Source: Chiloscyllium plagiosum
Lineage: Eukaryota
Length of the DNA stretch: 25,106 nucleotides
NCBI RefSeq assembly: GCF_004010195.1
Contig: NC_057720.1
Span: 12,636,846-12,661,951, forward strand
Direction: 5' to 3'
Shown: positions 8,521-18,797 of the stretch, in pieces
Position numbering within the stretch: position 1 is the first letter of the stretch
Layout: every line of letters starts with the position of its first letter
The notes under the pieces: generated by a model
The model's input: the letters and a program-made list of their open reading frames with translations, nothing else
The model's database searches: none
Told to the model about the DNA's origin: nothing
Translations under genes and position numbers: made by a program

Positions 8521-9379
8521 GCTGACAGAGGTGGACACTCTCACAAGGTGATTCATCAGTTTTGGAATGGGGGGGATCTGGACCGATGGGACAGTTTCCA
8601 TCTGAACCAATCTGGAACCAGTGTTCTAACAAAAAGGATAAATAGTGTGGTCTCTCGGACTTCAAAACCAGTGAGTCGGGGGGAAAGGGAAAGGGAAAGC
8701 AACAGGGAGTATAGTGATAAATGAAAAGGTAAGCAACAGGTTAGTATGTATGCAGGAAGGTTTAAGTTCAAGGCAGACAATGAAAGATGTAAAAATAAGG
8801 GATAACCCAGGAGATATTATTAGAGATGCTGGAAATCATGATGGTAAGAAAGGCAACCTGAATGCTTGTAGCATTCGTAACAAGGTTGATGAGTTAACAG
8901 CACAAATCATCATGAACGAATAAGATTTGATAGCCATCACAGAGACACGGTTGCAGAATGGTCATGACTGGGAATTAAATATCCGGGGATACCAGACTAT
9001 TCGGAAGTGCAGACAGGAATGCAAGGGAGGTGGTGTAGCTCTGATATTCAAGGACGACATCAGGTCGGTGCTGACAGATGATATAGGTTCTATGGAGCAT
9101 GAGGTTGAATCCATTTGGGTGGAAATGAGGAATTCCAAGAAGAAAAAGTCACTGATAGTCGTAGTCTATAGGCTACCAAATAATAACATCACATCGGGTG
9201 GGAAATAAACAAGAAAATAACTAATGCCTGCAAAAATGGTATGACTGTTATCATGGGGGATTTTAATCTGCATGTAGCTTGGTTGAAATGGCTCGGTCAA
9301 GGTAGCCTTGAGGAGGATTTCGTTGATTGTATCCGTGATAGTTTTCTTGAACAGCATGTAATGGAACTGATGAGACAAC

Positions 9380-9454
9380 AAGAAGAACTTTTGCCCAAAA
9401 CGTCGATTTTCCTGCTCCCCGGTGCTGTTCTTTTCCAGCGCCACACTCTTGACT
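9380..9454 (+). mobile_element. Short Penelope pLTR fragment
   Basis: CTTTTGCCCAAAACGTCGATTTTCCTGCTCC...TTTTCCAGCGCCACACTCTTGACT; same family as 9561-9692. Confidence 0.75.
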
Positions 9455-9468
9455 CTATCCTAGATCTG

Positions 9469-9692
9469 GATTACAGTGGTGCTGGAAAAGCACAGCAGGT
9501 CAGGCAGCATCCGAGGAGCAGGAAAATCGACGTTTCGGGCAAAAACCCTTCATCAGGAATATTCCTTATGAAGGGCTTTTGCCCGAAACGTTGATTTTCC
9601 TGCTTCTTGGATCTGCCTGACCTGCGGTGCTTTTCCAGCACCACTTTAATCTAGACTCTGGTTTACAGCATCTGCAGTCCTTGTTTTTACCT
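9469..9692 (+). mobile_element. Fold-back Penelope-derived mini-element with TSD
   Basis: Spacerless palindrome centred at 9560/9561 (about 92-bp arms) plus 40-bp extension; duplication CTATCCT(A/G)GATCTG at 9455-9468 and 9693-9706. Confidence 0.9.
9526..9559 (-). ncRNA. Minimal hammerhead ribozyme motif
   Basis: Reverse complement reads CTGATGA-A-GGGT-TTTT-GCCC-GAAAC-GTC; the plus-arm copy is mutated (CTTATGA). Confidence 0.6.
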
Positions 9693-10321
9693 CTATCCTG
9701 GATCTGATCCTGTGTAATGAGACAGGAATAATTGATGACCTCATCATCAGGAATCCTCTTAGAAGAAGTGATCACAGTATGGTTGAATTTAAAATACAGC
9801 AGGATAATGTGAAGATAAAATCCAATACCAGGGTCCTGTGCTTGAATAAGGGGTACTATGATAGAATGAGGGAAGACCTAGCTAAAGTAGACTGGAAACA
9901 GAGATTTTATGGTGCAACGGTTGATGAGCAGTGGAGGACCTCTGAAGAAATTTTTCAAAGTGCCCAGCAAAAGTACATTCCAGTGAGAAGGAAGAACTGT
10001 AAAAGGAGGGGTAATCTGCCATGGGTGTCCAGGGAAATATGGCAGGCGATCAAATTGAAAGAGAAGGCATGCAACGTGGCCAGAAACAGTAGGAATCTAG
10101 AAGATTGGGAAAACTTTAAAGGTTAACAGAAAGCAACAAAAAGAGCTATAAAGAAAAGTAAGATAGAACATGAGAAAAAGCTAGCACAGAATATAAAGAC
10201 AGATAGCAAAAGTTTCTATAATTATATAAAGTGAAGAAGAGTGGCTAAAGTAAATGTTGGTCCTTAGAGGATAAGAAGGGGCAATTAGTTATGGGATATG
10301 ATGAAATGGCCGAGGCATTGA

Positions 10322-11174
10322 ACAGAGGGTGGTGGTGGAGGGTTGTTTTTCAGACTGGAGGCCTGTGACCAGTGGAGTGCCACAAGGATCAGTGCTAGGT
10401 CCTCTACTTTTTGTCAATTACATAAATGATTTGGATGCGAGCATATGAGGTACAGTTAGTAAGTTTGCAGATGACATCAAAATTGGAAGGGTAGTGGACA
10501 GCGAAGAGGGTTACCTCAGATTACAACAGGATCTGGACCAGATGGGCAATGGACTGAGAAGTGGCAGATGGAGTTTAATTTAGATAAATGTGAGGTGCTG
10601 CATTTTGGGAAAGCAAATCTTAGCAGGACTTATACACTTAATGGTAAGGTCCTAGGGAGTGTTGCTGAACTANNNNNNNNNNNNNNNNNNNNNNNNNNNN
10701 NNNNNNNNNNNNNNNNNNNNNNNNNNNNNNNNNNNNNNNNNNNNNNNNNNNNNNNNNNNNNNNNNNNNNNNNNNNNNNNNNNNNNNNNNNNNNNNNNNNN
10801 NNNNNNNNNNNNNNNNNNNNNNNNNNNNNNNNNNNNNNNNNNNNNNNNNNGGGTGGGTGAGTCCAGAACTAGAGGGCATAGGTTTAGGGTGAGAGGGGAA
10901 AGATATAAAAGAGACCTAAGGGGCAACTTTTTCACACAGAGGACTATAAAATGTTAGTAAATTTACGACTATAAAATGAGCTGCCAGAGGAAGTGGTGGA
11001 GGCTGGTACAATTGCAACATTTAAAAGGCATTTGGATGGGTGTATGAATAGGAAGGGTTTGGAGGGATATGGGCCAGGTGCTGGTAGGTGGGACTAGATT
11101 GGGTTGGGATATCTGGTCGGAATGGATGGGTTGGACGAAGGGTCTGTTTCCATGCAGTACATTTCTATGGCTCT
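10322..11174 (+). mobile_element. 5'-truncated HER1-like CR1 nested in the large CR1
   Basis: [48 protein letters not shown]; highly similar to 1601-2454; tail CTGTTTCCATGCAGTACATTTCTATGGCTCT. Confidence 0.9.
10673..10850. other. Assembly gap (178 N)
   Basis: Run of N. Confidence 1.
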
Positions 11175-12896
11175 AAATCTTCACAGTGGAGCACACTAAT
11201 AACATGCCAGTAATTGACAAAGAGACGAACGTAGGTGTGGACTTGGAAATAATTATTATTACGGAGGAGCTAGTGTTGGGTAAGCTAATGGGGCTAAGGA
11301 TTGTTAAGTCTCCTGGCCCTGATAGAATGCATCCAGGATAGTAAAAGAGATGGCAGGAGAAATGGTAGGTGGATTGGCAGTAATTTTCCAAAATTCGCCG
11401 GACTATGAGGCAGTCCCAACAGATTGGAAAACAGCAAATGTGACACCACTGTTTAAACGGGGAAGTAGACAAAAGATGGGAGTTATAGACCAGTGAGCTT
11501 AACCTCTGTAATGGGGAAGATGGTTGAGTTTATTATCAAGGAAGAAATAGCAGGGCATCTCAAAATAAATTGTCTCATTGTACAGATGCAGCATGGGTTC
11601 ATGAAGGGCAGGTTGTGCTTCACAAATCTTTTGGAATTCTATGAAGACATTTCAAGCAAGGTGGACAACGGCGACCCAGTGGATGTGGAGTACCTAGATT
11701 TCCAAAAGGCCTTTGACAAGGCACCGCACATGAGGCTGCCGCATAAGATAAGGATGAATGATGTTAAGGGTAGAGTACTAGCATGGATAGAGGATTGGTT
11801 GACTGACAGGAAGCAAAGAGTGAGGATAAATGAGTGCTATTCTGGCTGGCAATCAGTGACTAGTGGTGTGCCGCAGGGATCGGTGTTGGGACCACAATTA
11901 TTTATAATTTATGTAGATGATTTGCAGTTGGGGACCAAGTGTACGGTGTCAATATTTGCCGATGACACTAAGATGAGTGGCAAAGTAAAGTGTGCAGAGG
12001 ACTGTGAAACTTTGCAGAGGAACATAGATACATTGAGTGAATGGGCAAAAGTCTGGCAGATGGAATACAATGTTAGTAAATGTGAAGTCATACATTTTGA
12101 TAGGAGTCACAGTAAAATAGATTGTTACATGAATGGTAAAATGTTGCAGCATGCTGATTGGCAGAGGGACCTGGGCGTCCTTGTGCATGAATCGCAGAAG
12201 GTTGGTCTGCAGGTACAACAAATAATTGGGAAGGCAAATGGAATTTTGTCCTTCATTGCTAAAGGAGTTGAGTTTAAAAGCAGAGAGGTAATGTTACAGC
12301 TGTACAAGGTGCTGGTGACGCCACACCTGGTGTATTGTGTCCACATTTGGTCTGCTTACTAAAAAAAGGACGTACTGACACTGGAGGGGGTGCAGAGGAG
12401 GATCACCAGGTTGATTCCAGAGTTGAGGGGGTCGGCTTATGAGGAGAGACTGAAAAGATTGGGATTATATTCATTGGAATTCAGAAGAATGAGGGAAGAT
12501 TTTATAGAAATATATGAAATTAGGAAGGAAATCGATAAAATAGAAATAGAGAGGTTGTTTCTTCTGGTAGGTGAAACTAGGACAAGAGGGCATAGCCTCA
12601 AAATTAGAGGAAACAGATTTAGAACTGAATGGAGACGGAGCTTCTTCACCCAGAGGGTTGTTAATCTATGGAATTCCCTGCCCAGGGAAGTAGTTGACGC
12701 TACTTCAGTAATCGCTTTTAAAGCTAAGCTAGATACATATTTGAAAAATAAAGGAATTAAGGGATATGGTGGAAACGAGGGTAAGTGGAGCTGAGTTCAC
12801 GAAAAGATTAGCCTTGTTCTCATTGAGTGGTGGACCAGGCTTGAAGGGCCAGATGGCTTACTCCTGCTCCTAGGTCTTATGTTCTTATGTTCTATG

Positions 12897-13069
12897 TAAG
12901 GTGAGGATGAATTTCCTCTTTGGTCTTCCGGATGCTGAGGTCAGCTAAGCTGTGACACACGTCCAGATCCGAGGCTGAGTAAGAGGAAGTGGACCCATTG
13001 CGAAAGTGCCTCAGGAGATGCTACAAGAAAAAGAACAGGCCTCTGTACCCAGATGTACAGGGGCAGGGG
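12897..13069 (+). mobile_element. Putative 3' internal region of the Gypsy provirus with polypurine tract
   Basis: Lies between the CR1 tail and the LTR; AGGGGCAGGGG (13059-13069) abuts the LTR-initial TG. Confidence 0.55.
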
Positions 13070-13304
13070 TGTAGTGATTGTAATGAGGTCAGCCACATGG
13101 ACCTCACAGAATATGAATTCTTGGATTGGGGCTGTTAATCTAGTCCAATCAGGGATCCCTGGCTGACAGATAAAAACAGTAGTTTCAGAGGTTCTGTTCA
13201 GTCTGAGAGCTGACTCTGAGGAAGCCAGGACAGTGTCAAGGACTATGCCCGTGTAAATAAAGGGTGACTTGCGATGGGATACCGACCCCTGTAGAGTTAT
13301 TCCA
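13070..13304 (+). mobile_element. Complete Gypsy-type LTR (3' LTR), 235 bp
   Basis: TGTAGTGA...TTATTCCA termini, internal AATAAA, preceded by PPT; homologous to four partial copies in the window. Confidence 0.85.
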
Positions 13305-13349
13305 CTAACCTAGCCTGGCCCACTCTGAGTCCATACCCACGTTAATTCT

Positions 13350-13475
13350 GGGCAAAAGTGAGTACTGCAAATGCTGGAGATTAGAGTCAAAATTAGAGTG
13401 GTGCTGGAAAAGCACAGCAAGCCATGCAGCATCCGAGGAGCAGGAAAATTGTCGTTTCGGGCAAAAGCCCTTCCT
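13350..13475 (-). mobile_element. Penelope pLTR, single arm, with TSD
   Basis: GTGGTGCTGGAAAAGCACAGCA...GTTTCGGGCAAAAGCCCTTC; flanked by CA(C/T)GTTAATTCT at 13338-13349 and 13476-13487. Confidence 0.85.
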
Positions 13476-13511
13476 CATGTTAATTCTAACCAATCCTTGG
13501 ATTTGAAAGCT

Positions 13512-13866
13512 GGGGATGGCACAGTATCTCAGTGGTTAGCACTGCTGCCTCACAGCGCCGGGGGCCTGGGTTCGTTTACTACCTTGGGTGACTGTGTGGA
13601 GTTTGCACATTCTCCTCGTGTCTGCGTGGGTTTCCTCTGGGTGCTCTGGTTTCCCCCCATAGTCCAAAGATGTGTAGGTCAGGAGGATTGACTGCGCTAA
13701 ATTGCATATAGTGTCCAGGGATGCACAGGCTAGGTGGATTAGCTATGGTAAATGTGGGGTTTATAAGAATAGGGTAAAGGGTGTGGGTCTTCGTAGGGTC
13801 AGCATGTACTTGATGGGCCAAATGGCCTGTTTCCATACTGTATGATTCTATGATTTTATGATGATT
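13512..13866 (+). mobile_element. Full-length V-SINE (HE1-like)
   Basis: A box TCTCAGTGGTTAGCA, B box GGTTCG, V-domain GGAGTTTGCACATTCTCC..GTGTCTGCGTGGGTTTCC, CR1 tail GGCCTGTTTCCATACTGTATGATTCTATGA. Confidence 0.9.
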
Positions 13867-14067
13867 ACATCCAGTTGTTTCAAATGCTAGACAAGGAGTG
13901 AAATGGGACTGATCAACTAAGGCACAGAGAATGGCAAATCCAGCTCTGTGATCCCTGCAAAGTCCTCCTTACCAACATGTGGGAGATAGTGGAAATGGTC
14001 AATACCATACATACCACTCACTGGATGAATTGCATAGATAATAATGGGGCTATTAAGATTTAGCTGC

Positions 14068-14278
14068 ACAACAATAACTTTCATTTACGTAACACCTGTG
14101 TTACAGCAACACATCTCAAGGAGCTCCACAGGATGACTATTAGTCAAAACATGACTGGCCAAATGTGAAATGAGGAAGTTTCAGGTCACCAATTGCTTGA
14201 CCAGAGGTATGTTTTAACCTGCTTCTTTCAGGCAGAAAGACGAGGAATTTATTCCAGAGTCTATAATCTGGGCAGAGA
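14068..14278 (-). mobile_element. L2-clade LINE 3' end (degraded)
   Basis: CAACAATAACTTTCATTTACGTAACACC...CAAGGAGCTCCACAG and ATTCCAGAG resemble the reverse complement of an L2 tail; continues at 14715. Confidence 0.5.
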
Positions 14279-14299
14279 GCCCATTGTAAGGCAAATCCC

Positions 14300-14420
14300 T
14301 ACAGTGGGGAAACAGGCCGTTTTGGCCCAATGAGTCCACAACAACTCCCCAAAGAGTATCCCACCCAGACCCATTCCCCTACCCTACATTTTCCCTGAAT
14401 AATGTACTTGGCCTACACAC
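14300..14420 (-). mobile_element. V-SINE 3' fragment
   Basis: TACAGTGGGGAAACAGGCC..TTGGCCCA and ATCCCACCCAGACCCATTCC are reverse complements of the tail at 238-330 / 13815-13842. Confidence 0.75.
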
Positions 14421-14429
14421 TGTGCTGCA

Positions 14430-14678
14430 GCAGCACAGTGACTCAGTGGTTAGCACTGCATTCTCATAGCGTCAGGGACTTGGGTTTGATTCCGGCCTTG
14501 GCTGACAGTGTGGAATTTGCATATTCTCCCCGTGTCTGCTGGGTATCCTCCGGGTGCTCCAGTTTCCTCCCACAGTCCAAAGATTTACAGGTTAGGTGGA
14601 TTGGCCAGGGGCACTGCAAGGTTAAGGGGTCAGGGTGGAGGTGCTGTAGCTGGTCTGGGTGGGATGCTCTTCGAAGGC
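14430..14678 (+). mobile_element. V-SINE (HE1-like), 3'-truncated
   Basis: ACTCAGTGGTTAGCACTGC, GGTTTGATTCC, V-domain, CCCACAGTCCAAAGAT. Confidence 0.85.
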
Positions 14679-14714
14679 AAAGGAAGAGAGGGACGCAAAG
14701 AAATCCAGAGGTAA

Positions 14715-14910
14715 AGAATTGCAAAGTGCACAGAGGGCTGTGAAAGGAGGAATTTACACAGGTGAGGGCTGGTGAAGCCCTGAAAGGATTTGAACAAGGG
14801 GGATGAACATTTTAAATTGAGGCATTGGTGAAGGAGCTAATGTGGATCAGTATGCACAGGGTGGTCGATGCAGAACCTGACTTGATGTGCATTAGGATTT
14901 GCACGACAGA
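14715..14910 (-). mobile_element. L2-clade LINE fragment
   Basis: GGATTTGAACAAGGGGGATGAACATTTTAAATTGAGGCATTG is the reverse complement of an L2 ORF2 QCLNLKCSSP/FK-type C-terminal region; degraded. Confidence 0.5.
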
Positions 14911-15289
14911 GTAACACCACAATATCCCAGATAGACAGTCTGAGTATTTCAAAGTGCCGACCCTGCACCTGTTTCCCATATATCTTTCAGGAAAGCCTAT
15001 GACTCTCTTACAGCCTCCTCCATGGACAGTCGCACATTCAAGTTGTGATCTACAATTAAAAACTGAAGAACGTTCACATCTTAAAAGATCTTCAGAGCTC
15101 AGCAGAAATGAAGGGGGGATGCTTGTAGGAATCTGATCAATGTGAGGAGATTTGTGGTAGAATCAGATGAAAAGTCTAACGTTGACTTTGGGAAGATAGT
15201 GCTCAATTTTTTATCCTGTTCACAAGCAAAGGACTGAGATTCAGGCGAGGCAGCAGGAAGTTGCTGATAAATGGGGATAATTGCCTTTT

Positions 15290-15498
15290 AAAAGCAAATT
15301 ACTGCGGATGCTGGAATCTGAAACCAAAAAAGAGGAAGTACTCGAAAATCTCAGCAGGTCTGGCAGCATCTGTAAGGAGAGAAAAGAGCTGACATTTTGA
15401 GTCTAACTGACCCTTTGTCAAAGCTTTGACAAAGGGTCAGTTAGACTCGAAACATCAGCTTTTTTTCTCTCCTTACAGATGCTGGCAGACTTGCTGAA
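15290..15498 (-). mobile_element. Fold-back Penelope-derived mini-element (second family) with 13-bp TSD
   Basis: Spacerless palindrome centred at 15423/15424 (CAAAG|CTTTG); ATAATTGCCTTTT at 15277-15289 and 15499-15511. Confidence 0.85.
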
Positions 15499-15657
15499 AT
15501 AATTGCCTTTTTGATGGCCCCAGTGCTCCTCATTAATATTCAGCTTTCTATCTTATCAAACTTGCCAAACAAGCTAGACATGGAGAAAATTCAACACGGA
15601 AACCAAAGCGGGTACCTGCCGAATTTAGCTCGCCACTTGATCTAGAGAAGCTCCATG

Positions 15658-16083
15658 ATACAGAGAATGGTGAACTCGGCCCGGACAATCACAAAGGCCA
15701 ACTTCCCATCTCTTGAATCCATCTACCAGGCCCGCTGTCAAGGAAAGGCTGCCAGCATTCTCAAAGATCTATCCCACCCTAGCAAGGTTTTCTACAACTT
15801 TGACCATCAGGAAGAAGGTATAGAAGTCTGAACACACACGCACACACACACACACACACCAGCCAGTTTCGTAACAGTTTCTACCCTACTGTTGTTAGAA
15901 TACTGAATGGACTCACAAAATCTTGGTATTCACCCGTACCTGTGTTTTTGTTTTTGTTTTTGTTTACTGTACCTATTATTTACTTATCTATGCTACTTAA
16001 CTCTGTGATCTGCCTGTATTGCTCACAAGACAAAACTTTTCACTGTGCCTCGGTACATGTGACAATAAATTCAATTCAATTCA
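15658..16083 (+). mobile_element. Rex1/Babar-type LINE 3' end with internal (CA)n
   Basis: QRMVNSARTITKANFPSLESIYQARCQGKAASILKDLSHP...SGRRYRSL...FRNSFYPTVVRILNG; homologous to 458-908; AATAAA + (ATTCA)3 tail; (CA)n at 15832-15859. Confidence 0.8.
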
Positions 16084-16292
16084 TTGACAGCGGGACACTG
16101 ACATCTCAGGCATGCTTCATTGGCAGTGACCACATGTAGTGTGGAAGAGGAAGGAAAATCAGTGAGAGAGAGGGAGACAGAAGGAGGCAGAGTGTGAATA
16201 TTTTCACTCATTATAGTTATTAACTTTATTTTAGACCGCTAACATCTATGGTACTTTGAATTTATTTGAATGCTCTGACAATACTATCAATC

Positions 16293-16387
16293 TGTTCTGA
16301 AGAGGAGTTAGATTGGAGTCAAAATGTTAAGTCTATTTCTCTGTCCACAGACCTACTGAATTTCTCCAGCACTGTCTGTTTTTATTG
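16293..16387 (+). mobile_element. Degraded Penelope pLTR fragment
   Basis: TTCTGAAGAGGAGTTAGATTGGAGTCAAAATGTTAA (decayed hammerhead) then CTCTGTCCACAGACCTACTGAATTTCTCCAGCA. Confidence 0.55.
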
Positions 16388-17164
16388 TCAGAGCATTGTT
16401 AGAGGACACACAGAACTAAGGGATAGCGTACTATTGCAATGATTGGGGATGGAATGGCTAGTTCTTATTTATGGTTCAGTGAGAATGGATTACTTGGGTG
16501 TTCAATTTGGAAGATGCAGAATCCTGTCTAGTTAGTCTCATCTATTAAGGCAAGAGTTTTTGGGCAACTAGCTAGCAATGGAATCAATTTATGTGGGATT
16601 AAACCTTCTACGTACTGAATTGAGAAGGTTGTAGATGGATTAAGAATATGCAGGATTAAGGAAGTTACCAATAAACATTGAAATATAAAGGTTGAGAAAA
16701 GATACCTGCAGTCATTTTGGCTAGTGCTGATCTCATATCCCACAGTATCATTTATATTGTTTTCTCGAAAAGTTTAGTCCCGTACTTTCTAGAATTTGTA
16801 AATATAAACAACACTGCACAATGAGCTGCGAACGAGAAATTAATTTATGCATTTATTGCAAATCTCTCTAGATGTCCTTATGGTGAGTCAAGGGGTATGC
16901 TGGAGTGCGATGTTTGGAATGTGTCTTACATATTTGATCCCAAGTGCTATCCTTTCTATTTTCCAATGTCAACAGTCACGTGAAGTTGCTGGAGCCGACC
17001 AGTAGGCGGCATGATGCAGCAAGCTTCTAAAACCCTTTACTGACTTCATTGAATAAAAGTATTTTAAGTTTATCAGCTGACAGTGAGAAATGATATAAAC
17101 AATTTAATGCAACTATAATAATAAAAATCTTGAACATGAGCTGCTTAATGGGTGGAACCCCTGT

Positions 17165-17392
17165 ATGTAACAGCATGAAGGGAGATTGCAGAAACTGGAT
17201 CTAGAGTGTTGAAGAATGAGAGATGGTGTCGTTGAAACGTGTAGCATTCTTACAGGGAAGTGTGACAGTGTAGATATAGATAAGATGCTTCCCTTGGATA
17301 GTGGGTTTAGTGCCAAGGAAAACAGTCTTAACATGAAGACTAAGGTAAGGAGGAAATTCTTCACTCAGAGAGTGGTGAGCCTTTGGAAATGG
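17165..17392 (+). mobile_element. Old CR1 ORF2 C-terminal fragment (tail at 18398-18558)
   Basis: RMRDGVVETCSIL, KTKVRRKFFTQRVVSLW. Confidence 0.7.
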
Positions 17393-17491
17393 CAACCCCA
17401 GATGGACAATAACTGCTGGCCTCGTGAACAATGCCCACAAACTATGAACAATTAGAAGAGGAAAAAAGCATTTCAGAAGTTCAATCGTAGT

Positions 17492-18382
17492 TTGGTAAGT
17501 TTGCAGATGATGCCAGGATTCGTGGCATAGTGGACAGTGAAGAAGGTTGTCTGGGAATACAGCGAGATCTTGATTAATTGGGCCAGTGGACTGAGGAATG
17601 GCAGATGGAGTTTAATTTAGATAAATGCAAGGTGTTGTGTTTTGGTAGGTCAAAATAGGGCAGGACATACACAGTCAACAGTAGGATCCTGGGAAACGTT
17701 ATAGAACAAAGAGCTCTAAGGGCACAGGTTCATAGCTCCTTGAAAGTAGATTCACAGGTAGACAGGGTGGTGAAGAAGGCTTTCAGCATGCTAGGTTTCA
17801 TTGATCAGAGCACTACGTACAGGATTTGAGATGTACTGTTGCAGCTGTAGAAGTTGTTAAGTACCTATTTGGAGTACAGCATGCAGTTCTGTTTGCCCTA
17901 CGACAGAAAGGATATTATTAAACTAGGAAGCGTGCAGAAAAGAATTACTAGGAATTTACCTGGAGAGGAAGGCTTGAGTTATAAGGAGAGGCTGAAAAGT
18001 TTGGGACTTTTTTCCCTAATGTGTAGGAAGGTGACCTTACAGAGTTCTATAAAATCATGAGAGGCAAGATGAGGTAGATAGCCAACAGGTTTTTCCCATG
18101 GTAAGGGATTTCAAAATAGGAGGACAGAGGTTTACGATGAGAGGGAAGAGATGTAAAAGAGTCCAGAGGGCAAACCTTTATTCACACAGAGGATGGTGAG
18201 TGATGGAGGCAAGTACAATTTTGTCATTTAGGAAACATTTGGACAGGTACGTGGATGGGATAGGTATGGAGGGATATGGACCAAACACAGGCAAATGGGA
18301 CTGGATTAATTGTTAAAACTGGACAGCATGGACAAGTTGGGCTGAAGGGCCTGTTTCCATCCTGTAAACCTCTATGACTCTG
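17492..18382 (+). mobile_element. 5'-truncated CR1 LINE (HER1-related)
   Basis: KFADDAR, WTEEWQMEFNLDKCKV, YLEYSMQFC.PY.RKDIIKL..VQKR; tail GGGCCTGTTTCCATCCTGTAAACCTCTATGACTCT. Confidence 0.9.
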
Positions 18383-18397
18383 TTACTGTATTGAACT

Positions 18398-18558
18398 TGT
18401 TCCAGACAGAAATCAATGGATCTTTAGATACTAATGATATCAAAAGATATTGGGAAAGCCGGGAAAAGTGCCATTGGGGTAGCTAATCAGCCATGATCAG
18501 AATGAATCTTAGAGTAGACTCAGCAGGCTGAATGACCTACTCATGATCCTATGTTCCT
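18398..18558 (+). mobile_element. CR1 3' tail of the older element
   Basis: TCAGCCATGATC..AATGAAT...GGCTGAATGACCTACTC...CCTATGTTCCT, similar to 12805-12890. Confidence 0.65.
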
Positions 18559-18797
18559 GTCAAGATTAGAGTGGTGCTGGAAAAGCACAGCAGGTCAGGC
18601 AGCATCTGAGGAGCAGGAAAATCGACATTTCGGGCAGGAGCCCTTCAACAGGTATGAGCCTCTCATTCCTGATGAAGGGCTCCTGTCCGAAACGTCAATT
18701 TTCCTGCTCCTCAGATGCTGCCTGACCTGCTGTGCTTCTCCAGCACCACTCTGATCTTGACTCTGATCTCCAGCATCTGAAGTCTTCACTTTCGCCT
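18559..18797 (+). mobile_element. Fold-back Penelope-derived mini-element
   Basis: Arms 18559-18652 / 18668-18761 plus extension; possible TSD TGTTCCT at 18552-18558 and 18799-18805. Confidence 0.9.
18666..18699 (+). ncRNA. Minimal hammerhead ribozyme motif
   Basis: CTGATGA-A-GGGC-TCCT-GTCC-GAAAC-GTC (18669-18696); the opposite arm is mutated (CTGTTGA). Confidence 0.6.

Larger units (their letters stand above)
8550..12896 (+). mobile_element. Near-full-length degraded CR1 LINE (ORF1 esterase end, AP endonuclease, RT, tail) with nested insertions
   Basis: ORF1 FW..GDL..WDSFHLNQSG (D-x-x-H of SGNH esterase); [77 protein letters not shown] (11493-12362); tail CCTGCTCCT...TCTTATGTTCTTATG. Confidence 0.95.

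Noticed and set aside
9469..9692. MITE / DNA transposon interpretation of the palindromes
   Set aside because: Arms are asymmetric, TSD length varies between copies, and related sequence is attached to a Penelope GIY-YIG fragment at 7665-8081.
11493..12362. Functional reverse transcriptase gene or a prokaryotic retron/DGR RT
   Set aside because: Clear CR1 ORF2 fragment with stops and frameshifts on both sides and nested insertions upstream.
13512..13590. tRNA gene (also 54-120 and 14430-14500)
   Set aside because: These are tRNA-derived SINE heads that continue into SINE core sequence, with no complete cloverleaf.
14990..15136. Possible plus-strand exons after good acceptors at 14989 and 19850
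   Set aside because: No convincing donor and no recognisable protein.
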